This document shows, one piece after another, positions 28,551 through 36,846 of a DNA stretch of 64,000 nt (position 1 is its first letter; each line of letters begins with the position of its first letter). Location of the stretch: the IMG/VR virus record IMGVR_UViG_3300047557_004034, positions 32,001 to 96,000 of that record, one strand, 5' to 3'. The position numbers and the translations under genes were made by a program. The stretch is from a virus. Under the pieces are notes generated by a model, which ran no database searches, was not told the DNA's origin, and saw only the letters and a list, made by a program, of their open reading frames with translations.

Positions 28551-29253
28551 TAACTGTAAGTTTTTCTCCTGATGGGGTTGTTACTATTTTAGACATATCG
28601 AGTTTTGGTTCGTTGTCATTCATAAACTTCTTAATGTATTTGGAATCTGCAATTGGTAATTGTTCTACAAACTTAGCAATTTCTCCCTTATCTTGTGTTC
28701 CGTTGACCTCAACTATTTGTCGTTGTAACTTTAATGTTACATAAGGAGCAACTCTTCCTTGGGGATAGGAGTCTATAGTTTTACTTATTTCTCTAATTTC
28801 ACCATATGTTAATGGTTTTAACTTGATAGTTGAACCAGTTTTGGGTAGAGTAGTTATAAAGTACCCATCAGATGTTGGTTCCTGACCTTTTAAAATTGAC
28901 ATTTGGTCCAAAGTCACGTTAACTTGAAATTGTTTCCCTGTCTTGGGGTCAGTAGTTGTAATCATCATGTCGGGACCAAAAGCGGTATTCCTCAAAAAGA
29001 TTAATACAGATTCAACATCACCTTCCAACATGTCTTCAACTTTTAAATCAGGTTCGTAAATTTTGTTCCTGAGAAGATTGATTGCAAGATTATCACCCCC
29101 TGCCATGATAATATTTTCATCATAAGCGGTTAGATATCCAACTTTAATTGACTTTTTCTTGTTCTTATAAAAAATCCCCTCTGATGGTAGAGGTACTACG
29201 TCGTGTGGTAAAGAAATGTTCTCTTGACCATACATTCTTGATTGTTCATCCAT
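28510..29253 (-). CDS. Tail assembly chaperone / T4 gp26-like baseplate hub assembly protein
   Basis: VPLPSEGIFY, LTAYDENI, GDVESVLIFLR motifs; ends VDFFRPFF; lies between tube and TMP genes. Confidence 0.8.
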   Translation of the reverse strand: MDEQSRMYGQENISLPHDVVPLPSEGIFYKNKKKSIKVGYLTAYDENIIMAGGDNLAINLLRNKIYEPDLKVEDMLEGDVESVLIFLRNTAFGPDMMITTTDPKTGKQFQVNVTLDQMSILKGQEPTSDGYFITTLPKTGSTIKLKPLTYGEIREISKTIDSYPQGRVAPYVTLKLQRQIVEVNGTQDKGEIAKFVEQLPIADSKYIKKFMNDNEPKLDMSKIVTTPSGEKLTVNVGFGVDFFRPFF

Positions 29254-29258
29254 AATAT

Positions 29259-29296
29259 AAAAAATTAACCCTGAAGTTTATGTTCTTCAGGGTTAA
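29259..29296 (-). terminator. Rho-independent terminator after the tail tube gene
   Basis: 12-bp inverted repeat ttaaccctgaag/cttcagggttaa followed by a T-run on the minus strand. Confidence 0.72.
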
Positions 29297-29328
29297 ATAT
29301 AAAAAAAGTATTTATTTTATAAATAATA

Positions 29329-29817
29329 TTAGTAAACCAATACACAACGGTCCATTCTCATAGAAGCAGTAATTGTTGCTAAACCATCTTGGTTGTATGC
29401 CAATGTATTAAAATTCACATCAGTCAAGAAAGTTCCATAAAGAATCCACTTCTCAACTACAACACCTGTTGGGTCCAACATCTCGAGGTCAATATCTTTT
29501 TTGTAACCCGCAGCATAACCCATACGACCTGTTACAGACTCAGCGTGTAAACGAACCCACTCCATGAGAGCTTGCGCTGCTGAAGGACCAATCGGGTCTC
29601 TAAATGTCACGTTAAGTGCTTGCCAGTTGAATCTACCGGCTACATATGTAGATGTATTTAAAAAAGGTATTTCTGTTGCAGCGATTTGAATATGTGGTCT
29701 AGCCGTACTCTCTACAAACCATTCGTTGATACCCAAACTTGAAGGAAACCTTAGGATGAATCGATTCTGACGTTTCGGTTCGTAAGGTATCGGCATTTTC
29801 ATTAATAAATCAGCCAT
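29329..29817 (-). CDS. Tail tube protein (T4 gp19-like)
   Basis: YEPKRQNRF, YVAGRFNW, YKKDIDLEMLDPTGVVVEKW motifs; near the sheath gene. Confidence 0.88.
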   Translation of the reverse strand: MADLLMKMPIPYEPKRQNRFILRFPSSLGINEWFVESTARPHIQIAATEIPFLNTSTYVAGRFNWQALNVTFRDPIGPSAAQALMEWVRLHAESVTGRMGYAAGYKKDIDLEMLDPTGVVVEKWILYGTFLTDVNFNTLAYNQDGLATITASMRMDRCVLVY

Positions 29818-29911
29818 GTTATTATAAATTTAAATTTTTTTTGTTTATATGTTATAAATATACTCACAGGTAAAATTTTTCTATTTACTTCCTGTTTTAA
29901 AAAAAATATAC

Positions 29912-30739
29912 TTATTTAACTTCCTTTTTAGTTCCAGATGCAGTAGAAAATGTCTTTACCTCTTTACCTGGTTTATTTTCGAAATGTTTCTTCATTACTT
30001 CTACATTCTTAGGGTCATCATCAGAAAAACCTATAAATGTTTTAGCTGGTACAAATTTATTTCCTATGTCACTTTTTATATAAGCTTTCTTATTCAATAC
30101 AGCCGCCATTCCTTTAATATAAGATACAAAATCATCCATAGCCATTACTTTTAATTCTTCAGGACTAGCAGCCCCTTTCTCTTCACCGAAACTGACAGGA
30201 TGATACTTATTTAATTCTAAATAGGATTTTATTAATTCAGAATCACTCATGTCGTCTTCATCAACAAAGGTTCTATATTTTCTTAAATTTTTTAGTAACA
30301 TATCTTTGTCGATTCCGTTGAAACCACTTACGATGTAATTATAAACCGCTTTCTTTAATGTCTCAGGTTTGTGTCCCCTTGCAGTAATAATTGCAAAAAT
30401 CGAACCGTTATTAATTGCTTCTTTGAAATCGTCGAAAGCAGGACCCGGTTCTGCTCTCATAGCGTCTATCAAAAATTGTTTGTCACCTTCTACTCTAAAG
30501 TTTCTGAAAGGTTCTTTTCCGTAGCCAGTGATGGTTTTACCTTTGTATTCGAAATTATTTTTACCTATTTCATGTCTATATTCCGCAAAGTCTTTTGTGG
30601 ACATTCCCACTTCTTCACCATCATCAGTTGATAGAATAATTTCTGTAGGCATGTGAACTATGTTGTCGTCCCAATCGAAAGCATAATACTTCATGTTAGG
30701 AACAAGTCTCTCACTGAAATTCTCTATTAAATAAATCAT
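29912..30739 (-). CDS. HAD-superfamily hydrolase-like protein
   Basis: Motif I FDWDDNI, motif II ITARG, motif IV FSDDDPKN. Confidence 0.62.
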   Translation of the reverse strand: MIYLIENFSERLVPNMKYYAFDWDDNIVHMPTEIILSTDDGEEVGMSTKDFAEYRHEIGKNNFEYKGKTITGYGKEPFRNFRVEGDKQFLIDAMRAEPGPAFDDFKEAINNGSIFAIITARGHKPETLKKAVYNYIVSGFNGIDKDMLLKNLRKYRTFVDEDDMSDSELIKSYLELNKYHPVSFGEEKGAASPEELKVMAMDDFVSYIKGMAAVLNKKAYIKSDIGNKFVPAKTFIGFSDDDPKNVEVMKKHFENKPGKEVKTFSTASGTKKEVK

Positions 30740-30777
30740 TCTAATAAATAGCTTTATATTTTATTTCTATAAATATA

Positions 30778-30810
30778 AAACCCCCACTTGAAGTGTGGGG
30801 GTTTATTTTT
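30778..30810. terminator. Rho-independent terminator after the sheath gene
   Basis: aaacccccac-N7-gtgggggttt with A/T runs on both sides. Confidence 0.75.
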
Positions 30811-30825
30811 AATTGTTAAAATTTA

Positions 30826-33800
30826 TTAGATATTCTCGAACGAAGCACCTGTAGGTGTGATAAAGAATTCTATATCAATGAATTCAAGTGCTTTTGTTGG
30901 TTTTAGATAAATTTTACCTGTAAGTGTATTTCTATCCAAATCCTCAGGTGTAGACAATACTGTTACACGGAAATCATAAAGACCTCTGTCTCTTCTGATA
31001 CCATCAAGAATTGGGTTTACACTGTCAAGGAACTGTTGTCTCACAATTTGGTCGTTTTGTTCGAACAATAACCTTACCGCTACTGCTGAAATCAACTTAC
31101 GAGCTTGTAAAAGTAATCTTCTAACATTCAATCTGTTGAGTGCAGAATCCGCAACTTGTAAAGTTTTGTTACCCCAAATTACAGTACCAACGTCAGAGAA
31201 AGTTGCAATTGGGTTTATTCTACCTTGATACAACGTATCTCTATCTTCTTGTGTTAGTTTCAATCTAGCTTTAACTGAATTTACAAGACCTCTCGTATAA
31301 CCCGCTGATGCGAACCAAGGGAATGCAATATTATCAGTTAGTGCTAAGTTTCTACAAACCTCACCTGTTGGAGGAAGATACAATTGTGTATTGTTTACAG
31401 TATCTCTAACCAAAATCCAAGGATAGTATGTTGCTGTATAATTTGAATCAATTGCTGAATTATCCAAGTTATCAACAGCTTCTTGTGGATAGATTATCAA
31501 GTCAGTATTGTTAGAATCTGTAGTATACATCGGATAATCTGGTGTTGTTGCTATGTATACAGAATCCGCTCTTGAGAATTGAATCATGTTGATAGCCGCT
31601 TCCACAAGCTTGGGATTGTTTACATAATCAATACTCGAAGTTGCAAATACATTGATATTAGTTGATTCAGGGTTTTGGAATGATAAGATACCGAGTAAGT
31701 AAGCATAATAATCGGTATTTGCAAAATCTTGTGAATTTTTATCGACAATTATCCTCTTAAACATACCTTCACCCGAAGCTGTTGGGTATCTTGTTGATGG
31801 AGCAGCTCCTGCTAAGTAACCCGAAGCACCCAATCTAAATCTATCTTCATTCGTTCTATACTCTCTGTAGATATCCCAACCATCGAATCCACCAGCAAAA
31901 CATACTGTGAATTTCCTTGAGTAGATATAATAGTACGGGTTTTCTTGACTTTCAATTTCTGCTCTGAATTCAGCATCTCCACAATCAAATGCAGTTTCAC
32001 CACTTGTTACATATTCAGAACCAATGGTCACAACAGTAGCACCTGAGTCCATATGGAAACCTTTAGTAAGGTAGTTCCAAGGTTCAGAGTCTGTTGCTAC
32101 ACCCCAAGTTGCTGCTGAAGGATTTCTTTTACCTTTATATTGTAAGAAAGATAAATCAGTCCCTATTCTTGTTGAAAAACCTAAGTAAGTTCTTCTAACA
32201 TTATCACCGGCAGATTCATCTATTGAAGCACCCGCTGCGGAGATACCGAATGGAGGATTATAAATTACTTCACCAGGGAAATTGTATTGTGTTTTGTAGA
32301 TTGGGACAGGAGAAGGGTTTGCAATTGTATCATAAACTCTTTGGTCGTAACCATAGAATCCACAAGGTAATGCATCTATTGGAGCTTCGTTAGAAAGTTC
32401 AACCATTATGTTTGTTGATACTAATGGATATTCACCATCGAAAGAACCTATCTTTTTACCAATGAAGCTGTTAGAAGCTGGGTCCATTGTACAGTTAGTG
32501 AATTTTTCAATCACTACCGGATTTTGGTCAGTATCAAAGAAGTCTCTCACCAATACATCAAAAGATAGATTTGAGAAAGAAATGTTCGCAATAGAAACCT
32601 TTATTTGTGTGTTTGCATCAGAACCATCTGAAATAGAATGGAATCTAAATAACTTATAAACTTTATTACCTCTAAGTTCGGAAACTAAGAATGGGGTAAG
32701 AGGAGTTTGATATTTTTCTAAATTCCATGCAATAGAATCAGAATTATAAGAAACTGCGGCAGGGAGAGCAACCATATTACAATCCAAACCTCTGATGTAA
32801 CCTTTATCATATAGTTCATTAAGTTCCACAGGATAGATTTCTTCAACAAAGATAGGAACTTCATTTCTATTTTTATCAAAGTTAGAAACACCCAAAACTT
32901 TAGTTAGGTACCTACTATCACTTATGGAGAATGAAGATTGGAAACTGAAGTTGTCGCCATCTGCTGTTACACCTGATAACAAGAAAGTTCCGAAAGGATT
33001 TTCACTAACTCCTGAGTAAGAACCTGTACAATCCATGATTAAATCTGTTGTACCTGTAACCTGATACTGAGGACCATGTAGTGTTGTAGAATAACTACTT
33101 ATTCCTCTAGAACGTAAAGTTGCTAATACTAGATTATTGTATTCAGAATATGCTGTACCTGAGTAAGAATATACGTTACCTGAAATAGTACCAGTAAAGT
33201 TTCCACCACCGCTATTCGTTAAAGAACTAACCACATAATTAAAAGAAAAACCTGAGTATTGATTACCTGAATAGTTTGAAAAATTCGAATAGTACCAAGG
33301 GTAGTTATCTCCATCGCTCAAAACATTTGATGAAAAATTCAAAGAATTTACACCAAATACGTTTGTGATTGCTGAGTAAGATGCCGAAAGAGCAGTGTAG
33401 TCAGCTCCGATAATCGAACCATAAACTATTGCAGTTGAGGCAGAAGAAGATGGTGTGTCCAATATTTGACCCAAATAAACTTGAAAATCATTATTAAAAG
33501 TTGAAGTCGAACCATCAGATAATCTATACTGAGAATTTAACAAAGCATTTACAGTAGCAGGTAGTGAGCCTGTTAAAGTAATTGTATTACCCGTTGAGTT
33601 ACCCGAGAAGTTACAAGTCCAAGGAGTACCTGAACCCTCAGACAAACCAATTGTTGAAGTATTAACGTTTGCCTTCGCCAATATAGTCCATGAAGGTCCT
33701 GCATCATAACCTGAAAGACCTAAAATTCTTGTTACGAAAAGTTGGTTAGATTGTTGTAGATATGATTTAGCAATATATGCTGCTTCATATTTTGGGATTT

Positions 33801-34020
33801 GTGTACCCTGAAATTTTGTAGGTTCTGTCCCTCCAAAAAAAGATTGAAATTCATCGTAGTTTGTTATGAAAATAGGTTCGAAAGCGGGACCTCTAAGAGT
33901 CTCACCAACCAAACCCAACGTCGTAACACCTACACTCTGCGCCACAAAAGACAAGTCAGTTTCTGAGGTATAAACACCTGGAGAAACGAACACTTTCTGA
34001 TTTACTTGAGCTGTTGCCAT
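30826..34020 (-). CDS. Tail sheath protein (T4 gp18-like)
   Basis: FVSPGVYTSETD, PWFASAGYTRG, INPIATF, WGNKT, RLNVRRL and LFEQND motifs; 1064 aa. Confidence 0.95.
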   Translation of the reverse strand: MATAQVNQKVFVSPGVYTSETDLSFVAQSVGVTTLGLVGETLRGPAFEPIFITNYDEFQSFFGGTEPTKFQGTQIPKYEAAYIAKSYLQQSNQLFVTRILGLSGYDAGPSWTILAKANVNTSTIGLSEGSGTPWTCNFSGNSTGNTITLTGSLPATVNALLNSQYRLSDGSTSTFNNDFQVYLGQILDTPSSSASTAIVYGSIIGADYTALSASYSAITNVFGVNSLNFSSNVLSDGDNYPWYYSNFSNYSGNQYSGFSFNYVVSSLTNSGGGNFTGTISGNVYSYSGTAYSEYNNLVLATLRSRGISSYSTTLHGPQYQVTGTTDLIMDCTGSYSGVSENPFGTFLLSGVTADGDNFSFQSSFSISDSRYLTKVLGVSNFDKNRNEVPIFVEEIYPVELNELYDKGYIRGLDCNMVALPAAVSYNSDSIAWNLEKYQTPLTPFLVSELRGNKVYKLFRFHSISDGSDANTQIKVSIANISFSNLSFDVLVRDFFDTDQNPVVIEKFTNCTMDPASNSFIGKKIGSFDGEYPLVSTNIMVELSNEAPIDALPCGFYGYDQRVYDTIANPSPVPIYKTQYNFPGEVIYNPPFGISAAGASIDESAGDNVRRTYLGFSTRIGTDLSFLQYKGKRNPSAATWGVATDSEPWNYLTKGFHMDSGATVVTIGSEYVTSGETAFDCGDAEFRAEIESQENPYYYIYSRKFTVCFAGGFDGWDIYREYRTNEDRFRLGASGYLAGAAPSTRYPTASGEGMFKRIIVDKNSQDFANTDYYAYLLGILSFQNPESTNINVFATSSIDYVNNPKLVEAAINMIQFSRADSVYIATTPDYPMYTTDSNNTDLIIYPQEAVDNLDNSAIDSNYTATYYPWILVRDTVNNTQLYLPPTGEVCRNLALTDNIAFPWFASAGYTRGLVNSVKARLKLTQEDRDTLYQGRINPIATFSDVGTVIWGNKTLQVADSALNRLNVRRLLLQARKLISAVAVRLLFEQNDQIVRQQFLDSVNPILDGIRRDRGLYDFRVTVLSTPEDLDRNTLTGKIYLKPTKALEFIDIEFFITPTGASFENI

Positions 34021-34140
34021 TATTTACGGTTTCTATTTAGATTTATTTTTATTCATAAATATTCAAGTAAGAATGAAAAAACTTTACTTTTTCAAATCTA
34101 TTTATAAACAGGAAGAAACTATTCTACCTTTTTTATCTTT

Positions 34141-34308
34141 ATGGGAGGATTATACGATAACGAAATAAAAAACATTAAAATATCAAAAGAAGTACACGAT
34201 ATTCTAAAAAAGTATTGTGACAAAAAAGGAATTAAAATATACAAATTCTTAGAGACCTTGATATTAGAAAAGTGTAAAGAGAAAAAAGATATATACGGAG
34301 AGGATTAA
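34141..34308 (+). CDS. Small ribbon-helix-helix-like DNA-binding protein, 55 aa (missed by ORF track)
   Basis: Hand translation MGGLYDNEIKNIKISKEVHDILKKYCDKKGIKIYKFLETLILEKCKEKKDIYGED*; KNIKIS-EVH-LK pattern is RHH-like; TATTTATA at 34099-34106 upstream. Confidence 0.65.
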   Translation: MGGLYDNEIKNIKISKEVHDILKKYCDKKGIKIYKFLETLILEKCKEKKDIYGED

Positions 34309-35348
34309 ACCAATCTGTTAGCTATTTGCATAATTGAATTTCGTGAGTTGTCGTCTTTAGTGACTTCCACTCTCAAAATATCATTTGTATCTAAAAATAT
34401 TTCCGAAACATCAGAACCGAAATATTGGTTGTTGATAAAAATATCATAAGATGAAATGTTTGTAGTGTTAGTAATTGTGACATTAACACGATTATCAATT
34501 ATTTCACTAAGAACTGTGGTGCCTGATACAAATAAAAATTCATTAACAAATGTACTGGTGTTAGGTGGTTCAGATTTTCTTTTCCTTCCAATTGAAGGTC
34601 CATCCGAAACTTCCATCATGGTAAGCACTCTCGAAATTGCTGGCTTAACTTCAAACTCATCTTCGTCAATCAAATACCCTAACATTGTGAAGTCATAGTT
34701 TTGAACATAATATTTTCTTTTATCTAAGTCACTCACACTTTCATCGCTTACATTATTCATTATGATAGGAACATATTGACCTTTGATAAAAGTATATGCT
34801 TGACGAGAAGAAAATTTTTGTAATACAATTTTGTTAAACTCATTGAGTTCTCTCATTCTATTACAAACAATCCTAACATTGAAAGTCATATCTACTGGAA
34901 CAGGTTGTGGTATTTTATATATGTCCATACCTTCCTGATTTCCATTCCATGTTGGTACCGATGCATAATAGAATTCTTTTCTATTTGGAATTGTATATTG
35001 TAGAGAAGGGTTTGTTCCATATTTCACATCTGGATTCCTCACAACCGTTATGAACGGGGGTTTTACATTAAAGTCTTGGTCAACAAAATTCCAAGTCTCT
35101 GTGAACTGAGTCCAATTCTGAGTCGTAATTATTATATCGATTAGAGGAACTAATTTACCCGCAGTTACTAAACGTAAATCTTCTTTAACAAAATCTAACA
35201 TACCTCTATCTAAATCTGAGTGTAGAACTGATTTAGGTAAGTAAGTACCATCCTTGTTTATATATTCAAGAAGTTGTTGCCTTCTCGCATACAAGGTTTT
35301 TTTTGGTTCTAAAGGTAAAGATTTTATGACTTTTTTCGGATAACCCAT
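34305..35348 (-). CDS. Tail completion/terminator-like protein (T4 gp15/gp3-like)
   Basis: PFITVVR, PQPVPVDMTFNV and RELNEFN motifs; neck-cluster position; start moved to MGYPKK (35348) to avoid overlap. Confidence 0.6.
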   Translation of the reverse strand: MGYPKKVIKSLPLEPKKTLYARRQQLLEYINKDGTYLPKSVLHSDLDRGMLDFVKEDLRLVTAGKLVPLIDIIITTQNWTQFTETWNFVDQDFNVKPPFITVVRNPDVKYGTNPSLQYTIPNRKEFYYASVPTWNGNQEGMDIYKIPQPVPVDMTFNVRIVCNRMRELNEFNKIVLQKFSSRQAYTFIKGQYVPIIMNNVSDESVSDLDKRKYYVQNYDFTMLGYLIDEDEFEVKPAISRVLTMMEVSDGPSIGRKRKSEPPNTSTFVNEFLFVSGTTVLSEIIDNRVNVTITNTTNISSYDIFINNQYFGSDVSEIFLDTNDILRVEVTKDDNSRNSIMQIANRLV

Positions 35349-35349
35349 A

Positions 35350-35877
35350 TTATAATTTATCACCAAATTTATTGAAAAAGAATTTAGGGATATCCGAGTG
35401 ACCCAAAGAAACCGAATATATGTCCTCCACCCCCGAATCTTTCAATTTATTTATTGCATATTTCAAAGAGGACGACCCCCATTGTCTTCCCTTTTGATAA
35501 ACTACCACCACATCTGAATTTTGAGGAATTTTTACTGATGTATACGAACCTTCTATTGAAGGGTCTATCAGTCCAACAAAGTTATAACCTTGTCCTATGG
35601 CCGGATAAGCTCTGAGACCACCCTTAGAAAACCCCGAAACAGAACTTATTTTTATCCCTTCAATTCTCCTTTTAACCTCATCAATTGTATATTGCCAAGG
35701 AATAAAACAAAAAGGTTTGTTTCTTAATAAAGATTTAGGTACTTGTTCCATCATCCAATTAGGTGTTGCGTAATAAAGCCCTCCAAAAACCAAAGCCCCT
35801 GGTTCCGACTTGAAGTCATCTGGAACTGTTACAATTATTTCGCCAACCTTTTTAATTCTATAACCTAACTGTGACAT
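35350..35877 (-). CDS. Small alpha/beta-hydrolase-like protein
   Basis: GFSKGG nucleophile-elbow motif, LIDPS, C-terminal LGHS. Confidence 0.5.
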   Translation of the reverse strand: MSQLGYRIKKVGEIIVTVPDDFKSEPGALVFGGLYYATPNWMMEQVPKSLLRNKPFCFIPWQYTIDEVKRRIEGIKISSVSGFSKGGLRAYPAIGQGYNFVGLIDPSIEGSYTSVKIPQNSDVVVVYQKGRQWGSSSLKYAINKLKDSGVEDIYSVSLGHSDIPKFFFNKFGDKL

Positions 35878-35882
35878 AACTT

Positions 35883-36398
35883 TTATATTCCTTTGAATTC
35901 ATTTTCATTTACAGGGGTTGCAGTAATCGTCCTGTAGAATGGTTTATAACCACCATAAGTATGTTTATTATCTGAAACTACCCTACCATCATCTGCAACT
36001 ACATAATATCTCACTTTTCTTTCTGTTTCATAATAAGCAAAGTAGTCACCGAAAGCGATATCCACTTGTAGAGATTCCAAGTAGTTTTGATAAATAGAAA
36101 ATCTCATATTACCAGGTTCTTCCAACTCAACTTTACTTTGACCTATTTTCTGATTTGTAGGTTGAACAATTTGAACATAACCCTTGAGTTCAATAGGAGG
36201 TAAAAACTGAATTCCATCCTCAGGTGCTTCCCCATAAACATCATCCGTTTTGGTTTTGTATCTATCAATCCTATATAAAACTACAGTAAAATTCATGTCA
36301 CCCTCTAGCCACTCTTGACCCATTTCAATGTCTAAGGCATAATCCTCAGCGCCGAAAAACTTACCAAGTCTTGTTATAGGGACTAATTTTTGTTCCAT
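35883..36398 (-). CDS. Head closure / neck protein (T4 gp14-like)
   Basis: VLYRID, DDVYGEA and IAFGDY motifs; near the gp13-like gene. Confidence 0.65.
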   Translation of the reverse strand: MEQKLVPITRLGKFFGAEDYALDIEMGQEWLEGDMNFTVVLYRIDRYKTKTDDVYGEAPEDGIQFLPPIELKGYVQIVQPTNQKIGQSKVELEEPGNMRFSIYQNYLESLQVDIAFGDYFAYYETERKVRYYVVADDGRVVSDNKHTYGGYKPFYRTITATPVNENEFKGI

Positions 36399-36403
36399 AG
36401 TTA

Positions 36404-36435
36404 TTTGATAAATACTTAATTCTTGTTTATATTTT
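36404..36435 (+). promoter_or_regulatory. Near-consensus Bacteroidota-type promoter for the SET/SNF2 operon
   Basis: tttg (36404-36407), 20 nt, tatatttt (36428-36435). Confidence 0.45.
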
Positions 36436-36447
36436 ATACAAAAATTA

Positions 36448-36846
36448 ATGAGAATATTTCCCCCTACGAAAATTTTTCTAGCGAAAAGCCCTATTCATGG
36501 GTATGGAATATTTGCAAACTCTTTTATAAAAAAAGACGAAATAATCGAAGAGTGTCCTATTTTAGATTTGAAAGTTCCGAAAGGTGAAAGATGTGATATA
36601 CTATCTGACTATAGATTTAATTGGCCTTACGGAACTTCTGATTGGGAAAAACAAGTAGTCGCTTGGGGATGGGGTTCATTGTATAATCATTCAGAAACCC
36701 CAAACGCATCTTGGAGGTCAAATCATGAGAGAAATACTTTCGAGTTTTATGCTCTAACTGAAATAAATCCATTTGAAGAAATACTCATATTTTACGGAGG
36801 AACTGACTATTGGTTGGATGGGAGAACACACGTTAATGTTATATGA
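36448..36846 (+). CDS. SET-domain protein (putative lysine methyltransferase)
   Basis: SPIHGYGIFA, YNHSETPNA and EEILIFYG motifs of the SET fold. Confidence 0.88.
   Translation: MRIFPPTKIFLAKSPIHGYGIFANSFIKKDEIIEECPILDLKVPKGERCDILSDYRFNWPYGTSDWEKQVVAWGWGSLYNHSETPNASWRSNHERNTFEFYALTEINPFEEILIFYGGTDYWLDGRTHVNVI

Noticed and set aside
28469-28744. 91-aa plus-strand ORF over the chaperone junction
   Set aside because: Antisense to the chaperone gene; the minus-strand +1 ORF explains the region better
4870-32659. Numerous 60-110 aa ORFs antisense or off-frame to long genes
   Set aside because: Fully nested within well-supported genes and lacking recognisable motifs
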